Positions 1-9,590 of a DNA stretch of 64,000 nt are shown one piece after another. A program made the position numbers and the translations under genes. The notes below the pieces were generated by a model that worked only from the letters and a program-made list of their open reading frames with translations, was not told the DNA's origin and searched no databases. Source of the DNA: an uncultured Gemmatimonadales bacterium. GTDB lineage: Bacteria; Gemmatimonadota; Gemmatimonadetes; Gemmatimonadales; GWC2-71-9. Each line of letters opens with the position of its first letter. Positions within the stretch are counted from its first letter, which is position 1. The stretch is from contig CAWJIM010000003.1 of the NCBI GenBank assembly GCA_963842945.1, positions 129,103 to 193,102 of the forward strand, given 5' to 3'.

Positions 1-2
1 TG

Positions 3-1487
3 GTCGTGATGCCAGGCGGGGTGGACATTCACTCCCACCTGGCGAGCTCGAGTTGCAACCACGCCCGCCGACTGCTGCCGGAGGAGCACGCCGCTGATCC
101 GGCACCCAGGCCGGCACTCACCCCGGAGGAGCTCGCTCGCTCGGGCACCGGAGGTACCGTCCCCAGCACCTTCACCACCGGCTACCGATACGCAGGACTG
201 GGATACACCACCGTCTTCGACGCCGCTGTAGCGCCGGTGGCTGCCCGGCACAGCCACGCTGAGCTGGACGACACGCCCTGCGTGGATGGCGGAATTTTTG
301 TGCTGATGGGAAACGACGAATACCTCCTCCGCCAGATTGCCGCGGGCGAGCGCGAGCGGGCTCGAGACTACGCCGCCTGGCTGTTGGGGTCCGCCGGCGG
401 GTACGCGATCAAGATCGTGAATCCGGGTGGCATCGAGGCCTGGAAGTCAGGGCAACGCAATCTCAGCGGACTCGACGAGCCTTTGAAAGGCAGGGGGATC
501 ACCGCGAGAGACATTCTTGAAACGCTGGCTAACGCCGGCAATGAGATCGGCCTGCCTCATCCGGTTCACATCCACTGCAATAACCTGGGAATGCCGGGCA
601 ATGTGGACGTCACGCTCGCCAGCATGCGGGCCCTCGCCGGTCGACGGGCGCACTTCACCCATCTGCAATTTCATAGCTACGGCGGACCCGGCTGGCGATC
701 GGCGGCGGCTCCGGTCATGGAATACGTCAATGGTCATCCCGAAGTGAGCGTCGATGTAGGACAGGTCATGTTTGGGCCTGCCACCACCATCACTGCCGAC
801 GGGCCGGTGGAGTATCTGCTGCATCGGAGCAGCGGGCGCAAATGGCTGAACCTGGACATCGAGCTTGAGACTGGCTGCGGCATTGTTCCGATCGTCTACA
901 AGGACAAGGCTGCCGTCAGCGCGTTGCAATGGGCGATTGGACTCGAGCTGTTCCTCCTGAGCCAGGACCCCTGGCGAGTGATTCTCTCGACCGACCACCC
1001 CAATGGAGGTTCGTTTCTTTCCTACCCTGCACTGATTCAGCTGCTGATGGACAAATCGGTCCGGGACGAACGGCTGAAGCAGGTCAACCCGAAGCTCCTG
1101 GCGGGTTCCGCGCTGGCTGACGGCCTTGCGCGAGAGTACACCCTCAACGAGATCGCGATCATCACCCGGGCCGGACCAGCCCGGCTCCTGGGGCTCAAGC
1201 AGAAGGGACACCTTGGAGTCGGCGCCGACGCCGATGTCACGGTATATAGCCGGGATTCCGATATCGCCCGGATGTTTGCCTCGCCCCGTTTCGTGCTCAA
1301 GGGCGGCACTGTGGTTGTAGAAGAGGGGCAGCTCCGGAGGGCTCCTGCCGGCGGCAGGCTTCGGTTGGCCCCGGGTTACGACGACGCCCTGCTTCCTGAC
1401 CTGCGCTCCTACTTCGAGGCCTACTGCACGGTGTCCTTCGCGAACTACCCGGTACAGGACCTTCGGGATGATCCGCTTCCACTCTAG
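3..1487 (+). CDS. fhcA: Formyltransferase/hydrolase complex subunit A (FwdA/FmdA-like amidohydrolase), 5' end outside the window
   Basis: PGGVDIHSH, KIVNPGG, HIHCNNLG, THLQFHSY and TDHPNGG motifs; directly upstream of fhcD and fhcC. Confidence 0.95.
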   Translation, partial: VVMPGGVDIHSHLASSSCNHARRLLPEEHAADPAPRPALTPEELARSGTGGTVPSTFTTGYRYAGLGYTTVFDAAVAPVAARHSHAELDDTPCVDGGIFVLMGNDEYLLRQIAAGERERARDYAAWLLGSAGGYAIKIVNPGGIEAWKSGQRNLSGLDEPLKGRGITARDILETLANAGNEIGLPHPVHIHCNNLGMPGNVDVTLASMRALAGRRAHFTHLQFHSYGGPGWRSAAAPVMEYVNGHPEVSVDVGQVMFGPATTITADGPVEYLLHRSSGRKWLNLDIELETGCGIVPIVYKDKAAVSALQWAIGLELFLLSQDPWRVILSTDHPNGGSFLSYPALIQLLMDKSVRDERLKQVNPKLLAGSALADGLAREYTLNEIAIITRAGPARLLGLKQKGHLGVGADADVTVYSRDSDIARMFASPRFVLKGGTVVVEEGQLRRAPAGGRLRLAPGYDDALLPDLRSYFEAYCTVSFANYPVQDLRDDPLPL

Positions 1488-1499
1488 GACAGCGCCGCT

Positions 1500-2402
1500 A
1501 TGAAGATTCGCGGTGTGGTGATCGAAGACACCTTCGCCGAGGCCTTCACCATGCGAGTCGCGCGGATCATCATCACCGGCAGCAGTATGCGCTGGGTTCG
1601 CGCTGCCGCGCTGAAGCTCACCGGATTTGCCACTTCCGTCATCGGGTGCAAGGTGGAAGCCGGCATCGAGCGGGAGCTGACCGCCTCCCGAACACCAGAC
1701 GGTCGTCCCGGGGTCAGCGTGCTGCTCATGACCATGAGCAAGGACGACCTCGGGAAGCGTCTCATCGAGCGGATCGGTCAAACTGTGCTGACCTGTCCCA
1801 CCACCGCCTGCTACGACGGGCTCCCTGACGCGCCCGATCGGGTGGGTGTGGGCTCGGCTCTGCGCTTTTTCGGTGATGGGTTCCAGGGAAGCAAGGTGAT
1901 CGGCGGCGAGCGGTTCTGGCGTATTCCCGTTATGGAAGGCGAATTCCTGGTGCAGGAAAAGTTCGGCATGATCAAAGGGGTGGGCGGCGGCAACTTCCTG
2001 ATTCTCGCGCGCAGCGCTGAGGCTGCTCTCAAGGCAGCCGAACAAGCCGCTGACAGCATGGCGTCTCATGCCGGCGTCATCCTTCCCTTCCCCGGCGGCG
2101 TGGTGCGCAGCGGCAGCAAAGTCGGTTCTCGGCGAAGCAAGACCATGATCGCCTCGACCAACGACGCCTTTTGCCCTACGCTGCGCGCGGTCACCAAGAC
2201 CGCGTTGCCCGATGAGGTCAACTCGGTGCTCGAGATCGTCATCAACGGGACCGACGCCGCCTCGATCGCCTCGGCAATGAAGGTCGGCATCGATGCCGCC
2301 TGCGCTGAGGGGGTAGTGGCCATCAGCGCCGGCAACTACGGCGGAAAGCTCGGCCCGCACCATTTCCATCTGCGGAAGATCATGGAGGGAGATGGGGCAT
2401 GA
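1500..2402 (+). CDS. fhcD: Formylmethanofuran--H4MPT N-formyltransferase
   Basis: IEDTFAEAF start, TPDGRPG, PFPGGVVRSGSKVGS and SAGNYGGKLG motifs. Confidence 0.96.
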   Translation: MKIRGVVIEDTFAEAFTMRVARIIITGSSMRWVRAAALKLTGFATSVIGCKVEAGIERELTASRTPDGRPGVSVLLMTMSKDDLGKRLIERIGQTVLTCPTTACYDGLPDAPDRVGVGSALRFFGDGFQGSKVIGGERFWRIPVMEGEFLVQEKFGMIKGVGGGNFLILARSAEAALKAAEQAADSMASHAGVILPFPGGVVRSGSKVGSRRSKTMIASTNDAFCPTLRAVTKTALPDEVNSVLEIVINGTDAASIASAMKVGIDAACAEGVVAISAGNYGGKLGPHHFHLRKIMEGDGA

Positions 2403-3166
2403 GCGACGGACTCACTGCCCGGTTGAAGAGCTCCCTGGAGCAGCGGGTGGATTGTTCCGCCGTGCTTACGGATCCCTGGGCCACACTCACCGCTAACGAG
2501 CTCGCGAGGCGCACGGTGGAGCTGGAGCGGGACGGGCACATGCCGCTAGGCGAACTCTTTGAGGTCACCGGGAGTCCTGCTGGCCGAATCCGCTTCACTG
2601 GTGACCTGAGTCGGGCAGACCGCCTGGCAGCGGGCCTCAGCGAAGGGGTGGTAACCGTCGAGGGTAATCTGGGAGATGAAGCGGGCCTGGGCATGGCCGC
2701 GGGTGCGCTCGTCATAGAAGGCAACACCGGTGCCCGCGCCGGAGCCGCGTCACCGGGTTTCAAGCGTGGCATGACAGGTGGGGAGCTGATCGTGCGAGGA
2801 TCGGTGGGAGCTGAAGCCGGTGCGTCGATGCGCCGCGGGGTGCTGGTCATCGGGGGAAGCGCCGGAGAGCGTGCCGGGTTGGGAATGATCGCGGGCAATA
2901 TCGTCGTATTTGGGGCCGCTGGTGGCGATGCCGGACTCTGGTCCAAGCGCGGCTCCATCGCCGCGCTGGGTGGCATCACTCCTCCAGCCAGCTACGTGTA
3001 CGCCTGCACCTATCAGCCGATCCATCTCCGAGTGATGCTTCTGCGATTGCAGACCATATACGGAATACGGGTTCGCAAGCGACAGCTGGCCGGCCTCTAT
3101 CGTCGATACAGCGGCGATTTCGCTGAACTGGGCAAGGGAGAAATTCTCGAATGGATGGCGACATGA
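2399..3166 (+). CDS. fhcC: Formyltransferase/hydrolase complex subunit C (GXGXG beta-helix)
   Basis: Repeated GMxxG/VxG units, GDxAELGKGEIL C-terminus, ATGA overlap with fhcD. Confidence 0.93.
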   Translation: MSDGLTARLKSSLEQRVDCSAVLTDPWATLTANELARRTVELERDGHMPLGELFEVTGSPAGRIRFTGDLSRADRLAAGLSEGVVTVEGNLGDEAGLGMAAGALVIEGNTGARAGAASPGFKRGMTGGELIVRGSVGAEAGASMRRGVLVIGGSAGERAGLGMIAGNIVVFGAAGGDAGLWSKRGSIAALGGITPPASYVYACTYQPIHLRVMLLRLQTIYGIRVRKRQLAGLYRRYSGDFAELGKGEILEWMAT

Positions 3167-4143
3167 CCACACTGGAGCTGCATACCGGGTCGTTACGGAT
3201 GAATGAAGTCGCCCACGAGATCGCCGATGGAATGGCAGATCAGGCCGAAGCCCTCAGGGTGAGAACCTTCCGGCTGCCCGGTGGTGCTCGGGTCATTGAC
3301 GCCGGTGTGGAAGTGGACGGTGGGATCGAGGCCGGGCTGGCACTGGCGGAGATCTGCATGGGCGGGCTGGGCAATGTGACGATGAGCCCGGTGCAAATCG
3401 GCGGTGAATCCCACCCCGGCGTTCTCGTCTGGACCGACCACCCGGCCATCTCCTGCATGGCGTCCCAGTACGCTGGGTGGGCCGTTTCGGTGGGCAAGTT
3501 TTTCGCTATGGGATCGGGACCGCTCCGAGCTCACGCCCGGGTGGAACGTGAGCTGTTCGAGAAGCTGGGCTACGAAGAACGGGCAGACGAAGCCGTGCTG
3601 GTGCTGGAGGGACGCACGCTTCCCACCGATGAGGTCGCTGCGTGGGTGGCCGACAAGGCGCGGCTCCAGCCGGCACAGCTCACCTTCGTCATTGCCCCAA
3701 CCGCGAGTCTGGCGGGCGGCGTTCAGATCTCCGCGCGGATCGTCGAGACCGGGCTCCACAAAATGGAAACCCTGGGATTCGATGTCCGGCGGGTGGTAAA
3801 CGCGGTCGGCACGGCGCCCCTGCCTCCCGTGGCCAAGAACGATCTACGCGCTATTGGCCGAACCAACGACTGTATCCTCTACGGCGGCCAGGCCCGGTTC
3901 ACAATTCGGGCGGGAGATGCCGAGCTGGAGAAACTCGCCGAACAGGTTCCGGCTTCGGCGTCACGGGACTATGGCACGCCCTTCTACGAGACCTTCCAGC
4001 GCTATGAGGGTGACTTCTACAAGATCGATCCCTTGCTCTTTAGCCCGGCAGAGGTGTGGCTGACCAGCACCGAAACCGGCCGCACCTTTCATGCGGGACG
4101 CCTGAACCCCGAAGTTCTTAACGCCTCACTGTACAACCTCTAG
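3163..4143 (+). CDS. mch: Methenyl-H4MPT cyclohydrolase
   Basis: CMASQYAGW, AMGSGP, RTNDCILYGG and FYKIDPLLFSPA motifs. Confidence 0.96.
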   Translation: MTTLELHTGSLRMNEVAHEIADGMADQAEALRVRTFRLPGGARVIDAGVEVDGGIEAGLALAEICMGGLGNVTMSPVQIGGESHPGVLVWTDHPAISCMASQYAGWAVSVGKFFAMGSGPLRAHARVERELFEKLGYEERADEAVLVLEGRTLPTDEVAAWVADKARLQPAQLTFVIAPTASLAGGVQISARIVETGLHKMETLGFDVRRVVNAVGTAPLPPVAKNDLRAIGRTNDCILYGGQARFTIRAGDAELEKLAEQVPASASRDYGTPFYETFQRYEGDFYKIDPLLFSPAEVWLTSTETGRTFHAGRLNPEVLNASLYNL

Positions 4144-4156
4144 CCCGGAGCCTTTG

Positions 4157-4942
4157 ATGCGACGTCTGACGATGTGGCTGATTCCCGCCTTAGCTCTCGC
4201 CGCCTGCAGGCCGGCCGCCGATAAGAACGTCGAGAGTCGGACAGGAGACACGACATCCGCCGCCGCGCCTGCATCGGCTGGACCCATGGCCATCGTGACG
4301 GTGCTGTACAACCAGCCCAAAGACACCGCTGCCTTCGAGAAGTACTATGCCAGCACCCACCTTCCGCTGGTGAAGGCCAATCAGCGAGAGATCGGTTTCG
4401 TGCGGGCCGACCTCACCAGGTTCTCCTCCACGGCTGACGGCAAGAAGCCGACGTACTACCGGCAGGCTGAGCTGTATTTCAACTCGATGGACGATCTCAA
4501 GAAGGGCGTGGCTACGGCGGGGTTCAAGAAGGTTGCCGACGACCTGGCCAACTTTGCCACCGGTGGTCTGACCGGAATGATTGCCACTGCCAGCAATGCA
4601 CACGAGACCGGATCGGGCAGCACACCGGCGGCTATCGTGACGGTCATCTACAAAACTCCCAAGGACACTGCCGCCTTCGAGAAGTACTACTCGGAGACCC
4701 ATCTGCCGCTGGTCACCAGCAACAAGAGTGACATCGGCTTCGAGCGGGCCGAGCTTACCAAGTTCTCCTCCAACCTTGATGGCACCCCTCCCAGCCGGTA
4801 TCGCCAGGCGGAGCTCTATTTCGCGTCCATGGCGGCCCTGAAGAAGGGTGTCGCCACTCCCGGCTTCAAGCAGGTCGCCGGAGACCTGTCCAAGTTTGCC
4901 ACCGGAGGGTTCGACGCCCTGATCGGAGCGGAGACCAAGTAG
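4157..4942 (+). CDS. Lipoprotein with two tandem EthD-like (dimeric alpha-beta barrel) domains
   Basis: Lipobox LAAC; two ~92-aa repeats each with YxxPKDTAAFEKYYxxTHLPLV...AELYFxSM...VAxDLxxFATGG. Confidence 0.75.
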   Translation: MRRLTMWLIPALALAACRPAADKNVESRTGDTTSAAAPASAGPMAIVTVLYNQPKDTAAFEKYYASTHLPLVKANQREIGFVRADLTRFSSTADGKKPTYYRQAELYFNSMDDLKKGVATAGFKKVADDLANFATGGLTGMIATASNAHETGSGSTPAAIVTVIYKTPKDTAAFEKYYSETHLPLVTSNKSDIGFERAELTKFSSNLDGTPPSRYRQAELYFASMAALKKGVATPGFKQVAGDLSKFATGGFDALIGAETK

Positions 4943-4943
4943 C

Positions 4944-5813
4944 GTGCGTCTGGCAGTTCTCGCCGCCCGCACCGGCTGGCACACTCAGCAGCTGGAGCAG
5001 GCGGCGGCCGCGCGGGGCCATGAGGCGGTGGTCCTGCCTTATGAAGGCCTGGTGGCGACCATCGGGCCTCACGCCACCCTTCGCAGCAACGGAACAGATC
5101 TGGACGCCATGGATCTGGTGCTCGCCCGCATCATTCCATCGGGATCTCTGGAGCAGATCGTCTTCCGGGTTGATGCACTGCATCGGCTGGAAGATCGGGG
5201 TATGAGGGTCATCAACTCGCCCCGCACCATCGAGCGTACGGTTGACAAGTTCTGGACTTCGGCCCTGCTGGAACAGTGCGGCATAGCCACACCCGAGACC
5301 GTGGTGTGCGAACGGCCCGAAGAAGCCATCCAGGCCTTCCGAAGGCTGCAGGACGTCATCGTCAAGCCGCTGTTTGGATCCATGGGCTTGGGAATGGTCC
5401 GAGTTCAGGATGAAGAGATGGCTTTCCGGGTATTCCGTACGCTGGAGCAGATCCGGGCCGTCTATTACCTGCAGCGCACGGTGGACCACGAAGGGGTGGA
5501 TGTCAGGGCATTCGTGATCGGAGGAAAGCTCTTCGCGGCGATCGAACGCCGAGCCTCAGGCTGGCGCACCAATCTGGCCCGCGGCGCGGCCGCGCAGGCG
5601 GTAAAGCTTTCGGAGGATGCCAGGGCTCTAGCGTTGCGGGCCGCCGCCGCGGTAGGCGCAGATTACGCCGGAGTCGATCTGGTCACGGATCGCGACGGTC
5701 GAACCCACGTTCTCGAGGTCAATGGAATACCCGGATGGAAAGGATTGCAGCAGGCCACAGGGCTGGACGTCGCCGGAGCGCTGATCGACTATCTGTCAGC
5801 CCGCACCGAGTGA
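4944..5813 (+). CDS. RimK/MptN-family alpha-L-glutamate ligase (Orf5)
   Basis: ATP-grasp motifs KPLFGSMGLG, WRTNLARG, AGVDL and LEVNGIPGW; cluster context. Confidence 0.9.
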   Translation: MRLAVLAARTGWHTQQLEQAAAARGHEAVVLPYEGLVATIGPHATLRSNGTDLDAMDLVLARIIPSGSLEQIVFRVDALHRLEDRGMRVINSPRTIERTVDKFWTSALLEQCGIATPETVVCERPEEAIQAFRRLQDVIVKPLFGSMGLGMVRVQDEEMAFRVFRTLEQIRAVYYLQRTVDHEGVDVRAFVIGGKLFAAIERRASGWRTNLARGAAAQAVKLSEDARALALRAAAAVGADYAGVDLVTDRDGRTHVLEVNGIPGWKGLQQATGLDVAGALIDYLSARTE

Positions 5814-6658
5814 TCACCCCGCCCGAGGTTGCCGCCGCCGGGCAGCTCGCGTGTTTGCTGGAAGTAAGCGCACCAAAACCGGGCAACGTGTCGCCCGATC
5901 GTCATTTTCACGACACCCGGTATGAGGATTTCCTGGCCAGCGCCGTGGCGATCGGTCCGGCGCTGGCGCAGGCACATACCGCGCCCCTGGGGAGAACCAT
6001 ACGGCGCGCGGTGGAAGACACGCTGCGCTGGACCCGCTCCAATACCAATCTCGGCATCGTCCTGCTGCTGGCCCCGCTTGCCCGCGCCGCACTACAGGAG
6101 CAGGGAGACCTGCGTGATCGGCTTCGCCAGGTGCTGGCGGAGACCACGGTGGACGACGCGGTGGAGGTCTACGCTGCCATCCGGCAGGCCCGACCCGGTG
6201 GCTTGGGACGCTCCAACGCGGAGGACGTGGCAGGCCGGCCAACGGTCACTCTGCAGGAGGCCATGGCTCTCGCTGCCGAGCGCGACAGCATCGCCCGGGA
6301 GTACGTCAGCAGCTTTGCCCGGACCTTCGAGATCGGAGTCCCCGCGCTGGTTGCCGCTCGTCGCGAGGGACTGACCTGGACCGACGCAGCAGTCGACACC
6401 TATCTGGCCTTGCTCGAGAGTGGGGCCGACACTCACATCGCCCGAAAGCTGGGAGTCGAAGAAGCAGAGATGGTATCCCGGAGGGCTCGAGAAGTGCGCG
6501 CCGCGGGAGGAATCCGGTCGTCTGCCGGCCGCCAGGCCCTGGCCGAGCTGGATCGGGAGCTGCGCGACCCGCGTAACCGCCGCAACCCAGGAGCCACCGC
6601 GGATCTGACGTGTGCGGCCCTTTTTGTCGTTATACTAGATGGTGGCTGGGATCGTTAG
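5810..6658 (+). CDS. CitG-like triphosphoribosyl-dephospho-CoA synthase family protein (Orf7)
   Basis: LEVSAPKPGNV, NTNLGIVLL, DTHIARK and NPGATADL motifs; GTG start overlapping the upstream stop. Confidence 0.88.
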   Translation: MITPPEVAAAGQLACLLEVSAPKPGNVSPDRHFHDTRYEDFLASAVAIGPALAQAHTAPLGRTIRRAVEDTLRWTRSNTNLGIVLLLAPLARAALQEQGDLRDRLRQVLAETTVDDAVEVYAAIRQARPGGLGRSNAEDVAGRPTVTLQEAMALAAERDSIAREYVSSFARTFEIGVPALVAARREGLTWTDAAVDTYLALLESGADTHIARKLGVEEAEMVSRRAREVRAAGGIRSSAGRQALAELDRELRDPRNRRNPGATADLTCAALFVVILDGGWDR

Positions 6659-6668
6659 GAGAACCGCC

Positions 6669-7172
6669 GTGCAGAGCAGCTTTCGCGTTCAGGTCAGCAA
6701 GGACTACCTCGTCTTTGCGTCCGCCCATTTCATCACCTTCAAGGGCCATCAGTGTGAATCGCTCCACGGCCACAACTACCGGGTGGGAGTGGCGGTTGAG
6801 GGCGCCGTCGATTCTGAGTGTTTGTTCGTCCTCGATTTCAGCGTGCTGAAGCAGATTACCCGGCAATTGGTCGACACCATCGACCACAAGGTGCTGCTGC
6901 CCACGCTGAATCCCAAGCTGGCGTTTCGCGAGGAGGGAGACCGGGTGGCGGTCGACTACTTTGGCCAGCCGACCTATGTCTTCCCCCGCCGGGACTGCGC
7001 CCTCATTCCCATCCCGAACAGCACCGCCGAAATGCTGGCCCAGTATCTCGGCACCCTGGTGCGGCAGGAGCTGAACAGCCGGGGCTACACTCACCTCACC
7101 AGCCTCGAGCTCGAGGTAGAAGAGAACTACGGCCAGTCAGCTACGTACCACGAAGCGCTGGTTCCGGATTGA
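6669..7172 (+). CDS. 6-pyruvoyl-tetrahydropterin synthase family protein (CExxHGH type)
   Basis: FASAHF, CESLHGHNY, LDF, DH and STAE motifs; AGGAG RBS before GTG. Confidence 0.88.
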   Translation: MQSSFRVQVSKDYLVFASAHFITFKGHQCESLHGHNYRVGVAVEGAVDSECLFVLDFSVLKQITRQLVDTIDHKVLLPTLNPKLAFREEGDRVAVDYFGQPTYVFPRRDCALIPIPNSTAEMLAQYLGTLVRQELNSRGYTHLTSLELEVEENYGQSATYHEALVPD

Positions 7173-7936
7173 CCTGACTGGGACACCGCGGCCAGGTCTG
7201 CCGAGGTCACCTTTCCACTATGAATCGCGCTCGCCACCAGGGCTCCGTCGCAGCCGGCGTCGCGCATTCTTTCCAGGTCCAGCCGGGTCAGCACGCCACC
7301 TCCAGCCAACAACCGAGTGCCCGGCAACCGCTGACGCAAGGATTCCAGCAATCCCAGGTCCACGCCGCATCCAGTGCCCACCCGGCCCAGATCCAGAACC
7401 AGCAGCGATCCTGCCCCGGCGGCGGCGGCTTGCTCTGCAAGGGTCAGCGGATCGGGGCCCGCACCTCGGGCGTCCTGCAGGGCTGGATGGACGATCGGGT
7501 TCCCCAGACGCAGGTCCAGGCTGAACACAAGCCGAGGAGGACCCACCAGGTCTGCAATAGATTGAAGTTCCGAAAAGGCCTGAAGGGTTTCCAGCCCGAC
7601 GACGACGTCACTGGCGCCGCAGGAGAGGACCTCGAGAGCCCCTTCAGGCAAATGGGTTCCCGCGTCCACTATCAACGACCCGGAGAATCCGGTGTGAAAG
7701 GCCGCCAATTCGCGAAGCAGCGTGCGCTGGACCGCGCCTCCCTGAATGGCATCCAGATCCGCGACGTAGCACTCGTGAATACCGAGGGTCGAATGGAAGG
7801 CGCGCAGCACCGCAACTGGATCTCCGACCTGGTCGGGTACCAGCTTGGATTCCAGGGGTGCATACCGGCTCCGGTCGCCCCCTTGGGCGTGAACTGCGAC
7901 CCCACCGGCAATATCCAGAACTGGAATGATCTGCAT
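7127..7936 (-). CDS. HisA/HisF-related TIM barrel protein (Orf17)
   Basis: IIPVLDI.GG.AVHA.GG.R..Y.P, YVADLDAI, DLGRVG and GALVASAIH motifs; GGAGGT RBS. Confidence 0.88.
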   Translation of the reverse strand: MQIIPVLDIAGGVAVHAQGGDRSRYAPLESKLVPDQVGDPVAVLRAFHSTLGIHECYVADLDAIQGGAVQRTLLRELAAFHTGFSGSLIVDAGTHLPEGALEVLSCGASDVVVGLETLQAFSELQSIADLVGPPRLVFSLDLRLGNPIVHPALQDARGAGPDPLTLAEQAAAAGAGSLLVLDLGRVGTGCGVDLGLLESLRQRLPGTRLLAGGGVLTRLDLERMRDAGCDGALVASAIHSGKVTSADLAAVSQSGQSGTSASWYVADWP

Positions 7937-7962
7937 CGTCCTTGCCCACCTCCAGGTTCTCC

Positions 7963-8994
7963 ATGACCTCAGCCGTGCTGGGCTGGGATATCGGAGGCGT
8001 CAACACCAAGGTCGCGCGGATCGACCAGAATCACGCCTCAGCTCCCCAGGTGCTCAGTATCGCGTACGAGCTCCAGCGCGATCTCTCGGCCCTGCCTTCA
8101 GTGCTCCGCTCCGCTGCCGATCAGCTCGGGGCCACTCCGCACGATCAGCACGGCATCACCATGACAGCGGAGCTCTCCCAGGCCTTCAGGACCAAGCGAG
8201 AAGGCGTGGGCTTCGTGCTGGACGCGCTGGAATCGGTGTTTTCGTCCGACAGCCTTCACGTATACACCGTACCTGGAGAATTCGTCAGGCCCCAGGCTGC
8301 GCGATCCCGAAGCCTGGAGGTGGCGGCCTCGAACTGGTCCGCTATGGCGCGCTGGGTGGCCCGACGTATCTCCAGCTGCATCCTCGTCGACGTCGGCAGC
8401 ACGACCACCGACCTCATTCCCATCGTGGAAGGTGAAGTCCGAGCTGAGGGCAAGACCGATCCAGACCGATTGCGGAGCGGGGAGCTGGTGTATACCGGCT
8501 CGGTTCGAACACCGGTGGAGGCAGTGGCGACCAGGGTTCCACTTGGGAGTGGAAGCGCGGGCGTCTCGGCGGAGGGATTCGCTCTGATGGGCGACGTGCA
8601 TGTCTGGCTCGGTCGCCTGAGCCCTGAGGATTTCACCTCACCTACGCCGGACGGCAGGCCTGCAACCAGGGAATACGCCGGCGAACGTCTCGCCCGGGTG
8701 GTCTGCGGCGACCGCGAGGTGCTGGATGAGCAAGCGATCACGGGCATCGCAATGGCCCTTGCCGAAGCGCAGCGCGATCTCATCGTTGGCGCATTGCGCC
8801 GGCTAAGAAGGCGACATCCCACTATAGACACCGCCGTCGTGGCCGGGCTGGGAGAATTTATCGGCAGCGAAGCCGCCGAGCGCGCCGGCCTCAAGGCGGT
8901 CCCGCTGGCGAAACAGATCGGCGCTGCGGCCGTTACCGCACCCGCATTTGCCGTAGCAAGCCTCCTCCGCGATAACCTGATGTTGAAGTCGTGA
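7963..8994 (+). CDS. mfnF: Hydantoinase/oxoprolinase-family methanofuran synthesis protein (Orf9/MfnF-like)
   Basis: GWDIGGVNTK, TMTAEL, AASNW, DVGSTTTDLIPI and GELVYTG.VRTP motifs. Confidence 0.85.
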   Translation: MTSAVLGWDIGGVNTKVARIDQNHASAPQVLSIAYELQRDLSALPSVLRSAADQLGATPHDQHGITMTAELSQAFRTKREGVGFVLDALESVFSSDSLHVYTVPGEFVRPQAARSRSLEVAASNWSAMARWVARRISSCILVDVGSTTTDLIPIVEGEVRAEGKTDPDRLRSGELVYTGSVRTPVEAVATRVPLGSGSAGVSAEGFALMGDVHVWLGRLSPEDFTSPTPDGRPATREYAGERLARVVCGDREVLDEQAITGIAMALAEAQRDLIVGALRRLRRRHPTIDTAVVAGLGEFIGSEAAERAGLKAVPLAKQIGAAAVTAPAFAVASLLRDNLMLKS

Positions 8995-9590
8995 TGAACC
9001 CCAGTGTCACGGGCTTCTCGGTGATCAAGGTCGGTGGCGGGTTGTCGCGGCTGCCTGGCGCATTGGAGCGGGTGTGCTCGGCACTTCAGGCGCTCTCCCA
9101 GCGGCATCCAATCCTGCTGGTGCCGGGTGGCGGCCCCTTTGCCGATGCTGTAAGAGTATTCGAGAGCCAAGCCACCCTCTCTCCTGCTGCCTCCCACTGG
9201 ATGGCGATTCTGGCGATGGATCAGTACGCCTACGTGCTCGCCGATCGAATTGCCGGAGGAGTGATCGTGACCGAGCCGGGCGAAATCGAGGGAATCCTCT
9301 CGAAGGGGAAGATTCCCATCATTGCGCCGGCTCAGTGGATGCGCTCTACTGACGTGTTCCCTCACAGCTGGGAGGTAACCAGCGACAGCATTGCGGCCTT
9401 CGTGGCCGGAGCACTGGGTGCAGCCCGACTGGCCTTGATCAAGCCGGCGTTGAGCAATGACCCCGTTGACCGCTACTTCGGAAGGACGCTGCCCGCCGGA
9501 ATGCCCTGTCTGATTGTGAGCTGGGAACGGCTCGGAGAGCTGTCGGATTGGCTCAGCGAACAGACCGCTGCCGCCGCACCCCCGGAGTAG
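8991..9590 (+). CDS. mfnE: Amino-acid-kinase family protein (Orf21/MfnE-like)
   Basis: VIKVGG, VPGGGPFADAVR, HWMAILAMDQY and HSWEVTSDSIA motifs. Confidence 0.85.
   Translation: MMNPSVTGFSVIKVGGGLSRLPGALERVCSALQALSQRHPILLVPGGGPFADAVRVFESQATLSPAASHWMAILAMDQYAYVLADRIAGGVIVTEPGEIEGILSKGKIPIIAPAQWMRSTDVFPHSWEVTSDSIAAFVAGALGAARLALIKPALSNDPVDRYFGRTLPAGMPCLIVSWERLGELSDWLSEQTAAAAPPE

Noticed and set aside
447..2369. Long antisense ORFs (also 14759-16909, 20281-22545, 38580-39845 and 62300-63982)
   Set aside because: They are shadows of well-supported genes in high-GC DNA and have no recognisable motifs
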